A stretch of 64,000 nucleotides of DNA from Pristiophorus japonicus (Eukaryota). The stretch covers positions 4,836,001-4,900,000 of the forward strand of contig NC_092006.1 in NCBI RefSeq assembly GCF_044704955.1, given 5' to 3'. Position 1 is the first letter of the stretch. Each line of letters begins with the position of its first letter. Position numbers and translations under genes: made by a program. Shown one piece after another: positions 48,101 to 60,573 of this stretch. Below the pieces are notes generated by a model. It made no database searches and was not told the DNA's origin. It saw only the letters and a list, made by a program, of their open reading frames with translations.

Positions 48101-48258
48101 TCTGTGGAATTCGCTGCCTCAGAGAGCTGTGGAAGCCGGGACATTGAATAAATTTAAGACAGAGATAGACAGTTTCTTAAATGATAAGGGGATAAAAGTG
48201 CGGGCAGGGAAGTGGAGCTGAGTCCATGATCAGATCAGCCGTGATCTTATTAAATGGC
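45165..48258. mobile_element. Mosaic of CR1 fragments in alternating orientation, plus another LINE fragment (46718-46915)
   Basis: CR1 RT motifs on minus (45165-46165, 46585-46715, 46930-47590) and plus (46215-46582, 47595-48258). Confidence 0.85.
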
Positions 48259-48912
48259 GCACACAGCAATGTGATAATGACCCGGATCATCTGTTTTAGT
48301 GATGTTGGTTGAGGGATAAATATTGGCCCCAGGACACTGGGGAGAACTCCCCCTGCTCTTCTTCCAATAGTCGCCCCGGGATCTTTTACATCCACCCGAG
48401 AGGGCAGACGGGACTCGGTTTAACGTCTCATCCGAAAGACGACACCTCCGACAGTGCGGTGCTCCCACAGTACTGCCCCTCAGACAGTGCGGCACTCCCT
48501 CAGTACTGCCCCTCCAACAGTGCGGCGCTCCCTCAGTACTGCCTCACCGACAGTGCGGCGCTCCCTCAGTTCTGCCCCTCCAACAGTGCGGTGCTCCCTC
48601 AGTACTGCCCCTCCGACAGTGCGGCACTCCCTCAGTACTGCCCGTCCGACAGTGCGGCGCTCCCTCAGTCCCGCCCCTGTAACAGTGCGGCTCTCCCTCA
48701 GTACCGACCCTCCGACAGTGCGGCTCTCCCTCAGTACCGCCCCTCCGACAGTGCACCGCTCCCTCAGTACTGCCCCTCCGACAGTGCGCCGCTCCCTCAG
48801 TACTGCCCCTCTGACAGTGCGGCGCTCCCTCAGTACTGCCCCTCTGACAGTGCGGCACTCCCTCGGTACTGCCCCTCCGACAGTGCGCCGTTCCCTCAGT
48901 ACTATCCCTCTA
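48259..48912 (-). mobile_element. Deu-domain SINE fragment with a 33-bp array (48445-48912, about 14 copies)
   Basis: Same structure as 43075-45165. Confidence 0.85.
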
Positions 48913-50067
48913 ACAAGATTAAGGCAACTTTCTGAAATCAGGAGGAGGAGAGAGAGGCGGGGAGGTTTGGGGAGTGAGTTCCAGAGCTTGGGGGCCCAGA
49001 CAGCTGAAGGCACGGCCGCCGATGGTGGAGCGATGGAAATCGGGGGATGGGCAAGCGGGCAGAATTGGAGGAGGGCAGAGACCTCGGGTGGGGGAGGGGC
49101 GGGGTTTGTCGGTGACGGAGATAGGGAGGGAGAGGTGGCCAGGAGGGAGTTGAACACGAGCACGAGAATTTTTAAAAGCGGGGCGATGATGGACTGGCTT
49201 GTAACAAGGATTACGAGGTTGTTCCTGGATGGTCACGAGAATTCTCTGTCTTTCTCGCCCCCTCCCCCCCCGCCCTCACCGCCCAGCATCTACGTCTGGG
49301 TTACGGTCAAGCTGCCCCGATACGAACTCCAGGAGACTGAGATCACACAGTTCTGGTGGGGCTTTGAAACAGCGCAGCATGCCATCAGAGTGGGGAGGGG
49401 GAGGGGGTGTGTGGGGCGGAGAGATGGGGTCTTGGTGTGGGGGTGAACATCGCTACAGCTGCACTCTGTGGCTTTCTGAGTCAAACAGGCCTGACTCCAA
49501 GCGACATAGACAGAGCCATTGTCTCGGTGAATAAAGGCCCAATTCACAGCCCTGTTATTGAGCACAGTGCTACATTAATTTACAGCGCACAAACTGCCCT
49601 TGTTGTCCACAATGTGAACCTCACAGGGGTGCGTTTCAAGCAGATGCCGCACACTGAATGAGCGAAATTTAAACCGAAGGGACGTCTCGGCCGAGGGAGC
49701 CGCTTCTATGTTCGGACTACCTTCCAGAGGGAGTGAACCCGAGTCAGATCCTCGAAGCACAGGCGCAAAAAAACCGCAAGAAACAGGAGTCGGCCATTCG
49801 GCCCCTCGAGCCTGCTCCGCCATTCAATGAGATCGCGGCTGATCCGATCATGGACTCAGCTCCACTTCCCCGCCCGCTCCCCATAACCCTTCACTCTCTC
49901 ATCGTTCAAAAATCTGCCGGTCTCCACCTTGAATATATTCGATGACCCCAGACCCCACAGCTCTCTGGGCCAGAGAATTCCACAGGTTCACCAGATTCAT
50001 CTCCGTCTTAAACGGGCGGCCCCTTATTCTGAGACCATGTGTCCCCTCGTTCTAGATTCCCCCACGA

Positions 50068-50880
50068 GGAATTTTTTTTTGCTCCGGGGCAGAAACCGCC
50101 CGATGCATACCGTGATGACGTCGTTGTCAAATAGAGACATCATTATTATTCACAGGGAGAAAGATTGCAAAGTGCCGCAGTACAGCGGGACCTGGGGGTA
50201 CTTGTGCATTGAAACACAAAAGGATAGTATGCAGGTACAGCAAGTGAGCAGGAAGGCCAATGGTATCTTGGCCTTTATTGCAAAGGCGTATGGAGTATAA
50301 AAGCAGGGAAGTCTTGCTACAGTTATACAGGGTATTGGTGAGGCCACACCTGGAGTACTGCGTGCGGTTTTAGTCTCCATATCCACCCTGTCCAGCCCCT
50401 TCAGAATCTTGTACATTTCGATAAGCTCACCTCTCATTCTTCTGAACTCCGATATGTACAGGCCCAACCTGCTCAACCCTTTCCTCATAAGACAACCCCC
50501 TCATCTCCGAAATCAACCGAGTGAGCCTTCTCTGAACAGCCTCCAATGCAAGTATATTCCTCCTTAAATACGGAGACCAAAACTGCACGCAGTACTCCAG
50601 CTGTGGCCTCACCAATACCCTGTACAGCTGTAGCAGGACTTCTCTGCTTTTATACTCTGCACCCTTTGCAATAAAGGCCAAGATTCCATTGGCCTTCCTG
50701 ATCACTTGCTGTACCTGCATACTAACAGTTTGTGTTTCATGCACAAGTGCCCCCAGGTCCCTCCGCACTGCAACACTTTGCAATCTTTCTCCCTGTGAAT
50801 AATAATGATGTCTCTATTTGACAGCGACGTCATCACGGTATGCATCGGACGGTTTCTGCCCCGGAGCAAAAAAAAATTCC
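50068..50880. repeat. Fold-back inverted repeat, arms about 50068-50372 and 50568-50880
   Basis: Both arms contain the same junction between an 80-bp non-CR1 segment and a CR1 fragment. Confidence 0.85.
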
Positions 50881-51340
50881 GGGAACGCCGGGACTGAAGG
50901 CGTGCCGGGCGGTGACAGGGATAGCTTCACGGGGGCTAAACATGGCGTCCGTGTGCTAGCGGGGCGCCCGTTAAAGGGGAGGTGGCATGCCGCGAGCCAT
51001 AGCCCCCTTGAACGTGGGCGGTCCGTGCCTCCATTTGCCATCTCCCGGCGCCGTGCTTGAGTTGCCCGGGGCTGGGGGGGGGCTGATTTGCATGGCTCCC
51101 TCCCCCGCTCCCCAGTGGCCCAGGGAGAGCGCTGCTGGGCCTTCCCCTTTAATGACGGGAGCGACATAGACATCGACATAGATAATAGGTGCAGGAGTAG
51201 GCTATTCGGCCCCTCGAGCCTGCACCGCCATTCAATATGATCACGGCCGATCCCCTATCACAACTATCTCATATTTCCGCTTTTTCCCCATACCCCTTGA
51301 TGCCTTTTGTTATATATGCGGACTATATCTATACGCTCCG

Positions 51341-54300
51341 TGTCGAGGAAATATTTAGCTTAAATTAACTCAGGCGGAGACTTTCAGAAGTGCACTTCGA
51401 GAGAATTTATTTTAAAAAGCGAGATATATCTCAGAGAGCCTGCTTGGACCGTACCAAGGCAAAAACTCTGCCATACAGGCAAATTGTCCCTATCTTTATA
51501 CAGAAATTGAATACAGAAATATAAAAGGAATCTTATTCATTAGTCCCGCGAGTACAAAGGTCGTCTCGGGAGGTACACACTCTATCAACCGAGACTCCAG
51601 GATGGTATGTTGCCTCCCTGGTGCAAGGGTCAAGGATGTCTCGGAGCGGGTGCAGGACATTCTGAAATGGGAGGGAGAACAGCCAGTTGTCGTGGTGCAC
51701 ATTGGTACCAACGACATTGGTAAAAAAAGGGATGAGGTCCTACGAAAAGAATTTAAGGAGCTCGGAGCTAAATTAAAAAGTAGGACCTCAAAAGTAGTAA
51801 TCTCGGGATTGCTACCAGTGCCACGTGCTAGTCAGAGTAGGAATCGCAGGATAGCGCAGATGAATACATGGCTTGAGCAGTGGTGCAGCAGGGAGGGATT
51901 CAAATTCTTGGGGCATTGGAACCGGTTCTGGGGGAGGTGGGACCAGTACAAACCAGACGGTCTGCACCTGGGCAGGACCGGAACCAATGTCCTAGGGGGA
52001 GTGTTTGCTTGTGCTGTTGGGGAGGAGTAAAACTAATATTGCAGGGGGATGGGAACCTATGCAGGGAGACAGAGGGAGACAAAAATGAGGCAAAAGCAAA
52101 AGACAGAAAGGAGATGAGGAAAAGTGGAGGGCAGAGAAACCCAAGGCAAAGAACAAAAAGGGCCACTGTACAGCAAAATTCTAGAAGGAAAAAGGGTGTT
52201 CAAAAAGCAAGCCTGAAGGCTTTGTGTCTTAATGCAAGGAGTATCCGCAATAAGGTGGATGAATTAACTGTGCAAATAGATGTTAACAAATATGATGTGA
52301 TTGGGATTACAGAGACGTGGCTCCAGGATGATCAGGGCTGGGAACTCAACATCCAGGGGTATTCAACATTCAGGAAGGATAGAATAAAAGGAAAAGGAGG
52401 TGGGGTAGCATTGCCGGTTAAAGAGGAGATTAATGCAACAGTTAGGAAAGACATTAGCTTGGATGATGTGGAATCTATATGGGTAGAGCTGCAGAACACT
52501 AAAGGGCAAAAATCGTTAGTGGGAGTTGTGTACAGACTTCCAAATAGTAGTAGTGATGTTGGGGAGGGCATCAAACAGGAAATTAGGAGTGCATGCAATA
52601 AAGGTGCAGCAGTTATAATGGGTGACTTTAATATGCACAGAGATTGGGCTAGCCAAACTGGAAGCAATACGGTGGAGGAGGATTTTCTGGAGTGCATAAG
52701 GGATGGTTTTCTAGACCAATATGTCGAGGAACCAACTAGGGGGGAGGCCATCTTAGACTGGGTGTTGTGTAATGAGAGAGGATTAATTAGCAATCTCATT
52801 GTGCGAGGCCCCTTGGGGAAGAGTGACCATAATATGGTGGAATTCTGCATTAGGATGGAGAATGAAACAGTTAATTCAGAGACCATGGTCCAGAACTTAA
52901 AGAAGGGTAACTTTGAAGGTATGAGGCATGAATTGGCTAAGATAGATTGGCTAATGATACTTAAGGGGTTGACTGTGGATGGGCAATGGCAGACATTTAG
53001 AGACCGCACGGATGAATTACAACAATTGTACATTCCTGTCTGGCGTAAAAATAAAAAAGGGAAGGTGGCTCAACCGTGGCTATCTAGGGAAATCAGGGAT
53101 AGTATTAAAGCCAAGGAAATGGTATACACATTGGCCAGAAATAGCAGCGAACCTGGGGACTGGGAGAAATTTAGAACTCAGCAGAGAAGGACAAAGGGTT
53201 TGATTAGGGCAGGGAAAATGGAGTACGAGAAGAAGCTTGCAGGGAACATTAAGGCAGATTGCAAAAGTTTCTATAGGTATGTAAAGTGAAAAAGGTTAGT
53301 AAAGACAAACGTAGGTCCCCTGCAGTCAGAATCAGGGGAAGTCATAACGGGGAACAAAGAAATGGCAGACCAACTGAACAAGTACTTTGGTTCAGTATTC
53401 ACTAAGGAGGACACAAACAACCTTCCGGATATAAAAGTGGTCAGAGGGTCTAGTAAGGAGGAGGAACTGAGGGAAATCTTTATTAGTCGGGAAATTGTGT
53501 TGGGGAAATTGATGGGATTGAAGGCCGATAAATCCCCAGGGCCTGATGGACTGCATCCCAGAGTACTTAAGGAGGTGGCCTTGGAAATAGCGGATGCATT
53601 GACAGTCATTTTCCAACATTCCATTGACTCTGGATCAGTTCCTATCGAGTGGAGGGTAGCCAATGTAACCCCACTTTTTAAAAAAGGAGGGAGAGAGAAA
53701 GCAGGGAATTATAGACCGGTCAGCCTGACCTCAGTAGTGGGTAAAATGATGGAATCAATTATTAAGGATGTCATAGCAGCGCATTTGGAAAATGGTGACA
53801 TGATAGGTCCAAGTCAGCATGGATTTGTGAAAGGGAGATCATGCTTGACAAATCTTCTGGAATTTTTTGAGGATGTTTCCAATAAAGTGGACAAAGGAGT
53901 ACCAGTTGGTGTGGTATATTTGGACTTTCAGAAAGCTTTCGACAAGGTCCCACACAGGAGATTAATGTGCAAAGTTAAAGCACATGGGATTGGGGGTAGT
54001 GTGCTGACGTGGATTGAGAACTGGTTGTCAGACAGGAAGCAAAGAGTAGGAGTAAATGGGTACTTTTCGGAATGGCAGGCAGTGACTAGTGGGGTACCGC
54101 AGGGTTCTGTGCTGGGGCCCCAGCTGTTTACATTGTACATTAATGATTTAGACGAGGGGATTAAATGTAGTATCTCCAAATTTGCGGATGACACTAAGTT
54201 GGGTGGCAGTGTGAGCTGCGAGGAGGATGCTATGAGGCTACAGAGTGACTTGGATAGGTTAGGTGAGTGGGCAAATGCGTGGCAGATGAAGTATAATGTG

Positions 54301-55353
54301 GATAAATGTGAGGTTATCCACTTTGGTGGTAAAAACAGAGAGACAGACTATTATCTGAATGGTGACAGATTAGGAAAAGGGAAGGTGCAACGAGACCTGG
54401 GTGTCATGGTACATCAGTCATTGAAGGTTGGCATGCAGGTACAGCAGGCGGTTAAGAAAGCAAATGGCATGTTGGCCTTCATAGCGAGGGGATTTGAGTA
54501 CAGGGGCAGGGAGGTGTTGCTACAGTTGTACAGGGCCTTGGTGAGGCCACACCTGGAGTATTGTGTACAGTTTTGGTCTCCTAACTTGAGGAAGGACATT
54601 CTTGCTATTGAGGGAGTGCAGCGAAGATTCACCAGACTGATTCCCGGGATGGTGGGACTGACCTATCAAGAAAGACTGGATCAACTGGGCTTGTATTCAC
54701 TGGAGTTCAGAAGAGTGAGAGGGGACCTCATAGAAACGTTTAAAATTCTGACGGGTTTGGACAGGTTGGATGCAGGAAGAATGTTCCCAATGTTGGGGAA
54801 GTCCAGAACCAGGGGTCACAGTCTAAGGATAAGGGGAAAGCCATTTAGGACCGAGATAAGGAGAAACTTCTTCACCCAGAGAGTGGTGAACCTGTGGAAT
54901 TCTCTACCACAGGAAGTAGTTGAGGCCAATTCACTAAATATATTCAAAAGGGAGTTAGATGAAGTCCTTACTACTCGGGGGATCAAGGGTTATGGCGTGA
55001 AAGCAGGAAGGGGGTACTGAAGTTTCATGTTCAGCCATGAACTCATTGAATGGCGGTGCAGGCTAGAAGGGCTGAATGGCCTGCTCCTGCACCTATTTTC
55101 TATGTTTCTATGTTTCTATCTTTCTATGTTTCTATCTGTCCCTGCATAGTTTCTTTCTGTTCACAGTCTGATAAGCAGAATAAAAGGAGACTCCCTTTTA
55201 ATACCAGATGGTCATTTAATTGCATCTCTAAGTTTCAAGGCTAAAAAAGCGTGGCTATTTTTCTAGTCCTATTATTTCTTTAAGCATAGCAAAAACAGAA
55301 TTTAACCCTTCCCTTTTCCATAAGCCATAGATTCATAGATTCTTTCTTCCACA
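51341..55353 (-). repeat. ERV 3' LTR, split into 51341-51586 and 55131-55353 by a CR1 insertion
   Basis: The rejoined sequence matches 62033-62495 with 5 substitutions by hand count; PPT AAGGAGGGAAT at 55354-55364 (minus strand). Confidence 0.95.
51587..55130 (+). mobile_element. Young CR1 LINE: 3' part of ORF1 (SGNH-esterase-like) plus ORF2 with one premature TGA at 53287-53289
   Basis: ORF1 LPGA..HIGTND..DGLHL; ORF2 APE and RT motifs; TCTATC duplicated at 51581-51586 and 55131-55136. Confidence 0.96.
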
Positions 55354-55399
55354 ATTCCCTCCTTGTTGATCTTTTTATTTTTTAAATCAACACAATTTC

Positions 55400-57210
55400 C
55401 TATATTCTCTTCTTGAGCAAAAGGGGATTTATTACTTGACTAATTACATTTTTTAATTTTATCCACATTCCGCAAAGGATTATTAATAATACAAGCATAA
55501 CCACACCTACGATTACTATGGGGTGTATAGCAAGCTTCAGTACTGCTGTAGCTTTTGGGGACCATCCGGTAAACACATCCCACCAGTGGTGTACTTTCAA
55601 AGAGGTAACTTCATCTGCGATTCTCACTAGCTGCCCCTTCTTGTAACTCATTTCGACTCTAAATTGGTGGATGTCTCTGCCTTGCTTTGACAGAGCTTCC
55701 TCAATTTTCTTGTCATTACGTATCAAATTGTGCAGTCTGGTCAAATTAATTACAGGGGGTAAGGGTTCAATCTTGTGCATAGACAGATATTTTTCTACAT
55801 TTTGCCATTGCCCAAAGGTATAAGTTCTTTTTACTTCTGGGTCATACAGGGTGTAGACTCCTCTCACGCATTTATTAATGGGGGGTTTATACAAAATTCC
55901 ATCCAGATAGACAGGTTTATTTCCTGTCACACAGATCTCATTCTGTCCTATTTCCGTTATATCAGTGTCATTTGTTAGCTTTAATTCCCATTTACATAGT
56001 CCAATGGAGTGCTGCAGTGAGCATGATTCGTGTATGGTGGTCTGATAGGGACATACCATTCCGAATGGCCACCTAGCACATCCCCTCTGGTGATGTGTCA
56101 TATTCTTCTCATCGACCCAATCTCCTTTAAATTCTGGGTCCCAGAAGTTCTGTCCAAACAGCTGGGGCATTACTTGGAACTGACACCAAATTTCTTTTCG
56201 TGTCATACTTACTATCTCTCCAGTAACGTTACATCCTTTTGAATTACAACTGGTATATCCTTTTTGAGGGCTAATGGTTAAATTAAGAAGCTTATCTCTT
56301 TTGTTAATTTCCAGCAACCTTTCCCATGTGTTAGCATGGAAGGATAATATTTTCCTTTCTAACTCGGCTCTTAATAGCTGTCTGATCATTTCTTTAAACA
56401 GGCAATGGGTGCACTTGTTTACTCCCTGTTGTTCTTTCATTAGGTTCTCTATTTCCTTCTCTATCCCTTCATTCTGTTGCCAGGTCATTTCATTTATGAC
56501 GTAACCTGATATCTGTAATTGCTGTAATCCTTCATCCCAGGCATTTCTGATCTTTATATCTTCCCCGACCAGTCCCCCGACGGCCTGGATTTTATTTTGT
56601 AGGGTCTCGATATCCATGGAGTTCAATGCTCCTATTCCTGCTCCCACTGCACCGAACACAGTCTCTAATACACTCCGTTTCTTTCTTTGGGGGCTTTCTT
56701 TTTCAAAAGATACCTTAACACTGGTTGTGTGGCAACCATCTTCTTTCTTTGGGGGATATTCACCGGGGTGTTATTCATGCACAACACCCGCTGCCCTTCT
56801 ACCATACTTGTAAATGAATAACGGAGGAAGTCTTTTCTCTCGTCCCGCCCTCCTATGTACCCCCATCTCTTGTTTTTCCCTGTGCTTCAGGTACACTTCA
56901 TCCACACATCGGCCTGGTATTCTATGAACAACTGATACCCTTTCCCCAATATAAATTGGAACTCCCCTCTTTCTTCCTTCATTCCACATGCCTCACATCA
57001 TGCCGTAAAATTCCCCACCTTACAACTTTGGCCTACTGGGCATATAAAATTGCCTTGCTGCCTCATACTATTACTTCTTTCCCATACCATATTTCCCTTC
57101 CATACTCTTCCTTCTTTTAGGACTTCTTCCTCCTGCCGGGAGTTCCCTGTTGCTAAAATGATCAGTATACCTAACGTCCATTTATAATTTTTCCAAGAGT
57201 CCCTTCCCAT
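55400..57210 (-). pseudogene. env: ERV env: signal peptide, short disrupted SU, RKKR cleavage site, intact 424-aa TM subunit
   Basis: MGRDSWKNYKWTLGILIILATG..; PQRKKR|SVLETVFGAVGAGIGALNS fusion-peptide-like; C-terminal TM IVIVGVVMLVLLIILCGMWI; two stops and a frameshifting insertion in SU. Confidence 0.88.
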
Positions 57211-57337
57211 CTTCCCTTTCTTGTTTGTTTCTATACCACTCTTGAATTAAGTCGTTACAATAACAACACGTCCACACGATAGTAACAGTGACCCAAATAA
57301 TAAAGGCCCAAACTGGCACACAAATGAGCTCTGACAT
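57182..57337 (-). CDS. Small hydrophobic ORF between pol and env (51 aa), putative accessory membrane protein
   Basis: MSELICVPVWAFIIWVTVTIVWTCCYCNDLIQEWYRNKQEREDGKGLLEKL; overlaps the env start by 29 nt. Confidence 0.5.
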   Translation of the reverse strand: MSELICVPVWAFIIWVTVTIVWTCCYCNDLIQEWYRNKQEREDGKGLLEKL

Positions 57338-57426
57338 CCATCCGTGAATTTTGGGCAATAATTTCAAGTCCAAATATTTAATACAAGAGCAGGTACAGTT
57401 CTTTCAGCGAGAAGATGGCTGTTTTC

Positions 57427-60130
57427 TTAGTCGGGCGACCGTAGTACGTCCTGGCTCAATGCCTTTTCCTTCGGCTGTAATTCGTCGGGGAAATGATATT
57501 TACAGCGGGTTGCATGCACCCAGTTCGGGTGCTTTTCCAACTTCAAAGCGGTTCGTGTTGTGAGAATTATCTGATACGGTCCTTTCCACCTAGGAGAAAA
57601 GGATTCTTTATTTAATGTTTTTACTAACACTTGATCTGCAGGTCTGAAAGGTGCATATTTCCTTCCGACGGGGCACCTGTGTCTGCTTTATTTGTTCATG
57701 CAGCCTTCTTGCTATTTCACACATGGCCTGAGCATACTTTAGTGATTTTTCATCATTCCAAATTAATGCTATTTTTTCATCTGCCAGTGGTGGTTTTACG
57801 CCAGTAGGCATTGGTCTTCCCAATAAGGCTTCATGTGGTGTCAAATCAGTGTTTCGGTTTTTCTGGTTTCTCATTGTATACAATACTCATGGTAAGGCAT
57901 CTGGCCACTTCAGTCCAGTCTCCTGACATACCTTGGTAAGGGTAGATTTTATTATCCCATTTACTCTTTCTACCATTCCCGAGGACTGTGGCTGATATGG
58001 TATATGTAACTTCCACTGGAACCCTAACGCTTCTGCAAGGTTTTGCACTATTTTTCCTGTGAAGTGTGTTCCCCTGTCACTGTTGATTCCCATAGGTATC
58101 CCATATCTTGGTACTATTTCTTTAAATCGAATTTTTACTACTGTTCGGGCATCGTCTCTCCTAGTGGCGTACGCTTCCACCCACCTTGTGAACATATCTA
58201 CTATGACTAATAGATACTTAAGACCTGATACTGGAGGCATGTGGACAAAGTCAATTTGCAAATTTTCAAAGGGCATACTTGGTTGGGGTAGATGATCATA
58301 TCCAGCAGGTGTTTTACCTCTGTTATTTTGTTGACAAATTTGGCATGTCCTAGCAACTTTCTCAATTACTACTGTTATTCCTGGTGCATACCACTGTGCA
58401 TTGATAGCATGTATCATCCCTCCTTTGCCCATGTGAGCCTGACCGTGTGCTAGGCGAGACAGGGGCAAAAATAGAGATCTAGGGCAAACAGTTCGCCCAT
58501 CAGGGTGATACCAAATGTCGTTTTTTAGAAAACAACCCTGGTTTTCCCAAGTTCTTCCTTCCTGCATGGTAACTTGTTGTTGGGCTGTTTTAAGTTGTTG
58601 GATGTCAAGTACCTGTGGAGGGGAGACTGAGACTGCTTGAAGGCAGTCTGCCTGTGCCGAAGCGATCTGTTTGGCTGCCTCGTCAGCCCTCCTATTTCCT
58701 ACTGATACTTCATCCTCACCGGTTGTGTGAGCTGCACATTTGATAACGGCTACCTTACTTGGCAACTGAATGGCGTCTAATAGATTAAGCAATAGTTGAG
58801 AGTGCTTAATATGCTTTCCACCAGAGGTGATAAAGCCTCTGTTTTTCCACAGTTGTCCAAAATCATGGACCACACCGAATGCATATCTAGAATCAGTATA
58901 GATATTAGCAGTATGATCTTTAGCTATTATACAAGCTCTAGTGAGGGCAAACAATTCAGCAGCCTGAGCCGAGGTTCCGGGAGGCAGGGCGAATGCTTCA
59001 ACAGTTTCGTGGGGATTTACAATAGCATAGCCTGCCAAAAACAAATCATCCGACGGCCTATGTGATGATCCATCCGTATAGAGAATAAGATCAGGATTGT
59101 CCATGGGCTCTGTGAGCAAATCTGGTTTTGGTAAGGTGGCTACTTCCACCGTTAACAGACAATCATGCTGGTCTGGATCCTCTACTTCTTTAGCAGGAAG
59201 AAAGGTGGCTGGGTTCACTACCGGTGCACGTCGAAAGGTATAGTTAGGGTGTGACAGCAGTAATACTTCATAACCTGTTCTTTGAGACGCTGTAAAGTGT
59301 TGTGTGGCAGCTGAATTCAAAAGTAATAACACAGCATGGGCTGTAATGACAGTACATGGATGATCCAAGACAATAGGTACCGACTTCGCCACCATGACCG
59401 CAGTAGCAGCTACAGCACGTAGACACGCTGGCATTCCCCTTACTACTGGAGGCAGCAAAACCGAATAATAAACAACTGGTCTATCTCCCCCACCATGTTC
59501 TTGGGTTAGTACTGCTGTTGCAAATCCTTCTTTCTCATTCACATACATCTGAAAAGGTTTACCATAATTCGGAAGTCCCAACGCCGGAGCATTAGTAATG
59601 GCTTTCTTTAACTGTTTAAATGCCTCCTCTCTCTCTGGGGTCCACTCCACCTTGGGTGGGGCATCATTTAGGGCAGCTGATCTTAGGACCGCATCCCATT
59701 CTCGATTCTTTCTGGTCCTAGCTGCCTCTGCCCTTGAGATACGTGAAAACCCAGGTACTGGACTTGAATCTGACAAAATTGTAACTTTGGTAACGACACT
59801 CGGTGCCCTCTTTCACATAGGTGCTGTAACAGTTTCAGGGAATCTTGCATGCACCTGTATCCGTGGCTAGAAGCCACAAGCAAATCCTTGGGGCAACCTG
59901 GTCCATGTGTACTGCTGCTTCTTGTGGGTGAAAGCAAACAGATACTGACTTTCTTGATTTAACGGGATAGAGAAAAAAGCTGAACACAGGTCTATCACAG
60001 TAAAGACAGTTGCTGTTGGTGGTATAGCAGATAGTATAATGTTGGTGTCCGGTACCACAGGGGTGATAGGGACTACTATCTTATTAATAGCTCTCAGATC
60101 TTGCGCAAATCTCCATTCCTACAATCGGAC
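57427..60130 (-). pseudogene. pol: ERV pol (RT with deletions, RNase H, integrase)
   Basis: IDLCSAFFSIPL..WTRLPQGF; YTDGS..SAQAAEL..YTDSRYAFG; H-H-C-C, IDF/SDRG/VER (DDE); PRWKGPY; YxDD absent. Confidence 0.93.
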
Positions 60131-60573
60131 CCATATCTTTAGGTTTCGCTGGCGGTTTTACAGCCAAGGTCAGATGGGGTGTCGAGTTCGCTTCTCTAAA
60201 CCGCTGTTGCTGTAAGGGTGTCAATCGATGGCTACCCCCAATCCTTCTGGTCCAAAATAAATGCGGGGCGTAGCTTCTACTATTTCTTCTCTATTTAAAA
60301 AGGATTGTACCAGACACTGGTAAGTTTCAGCTTTTTGTCGAGTGTACCAGGCTGTACAGTGAAGCTGAACTGCCTCAAAATTATATACATCAATTCTTCA
60401 GTATTAGAGTCAAATTTAGCTTTTAAGTTTTGTATAACTTCATGTATCAAGGGGGAATAGAAGTTGCCATTCAATTGCCAACAATAGAGGGCAGCCTTTT
60501 CTTTGTTATCCTCCCTTTTCTCTTCTTTAATCCCATTAAAGAACTGATGGATTTTATTTGGAGGGAGCTGCAT

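Noticed and set aside
38468-54632. Antisense ORFs over CR1 ORF2 (e.g. 38468-39169, 52332-53033)
   Set aside because: Shadow frames repeated in each CR1 copy, with no independent coding features.
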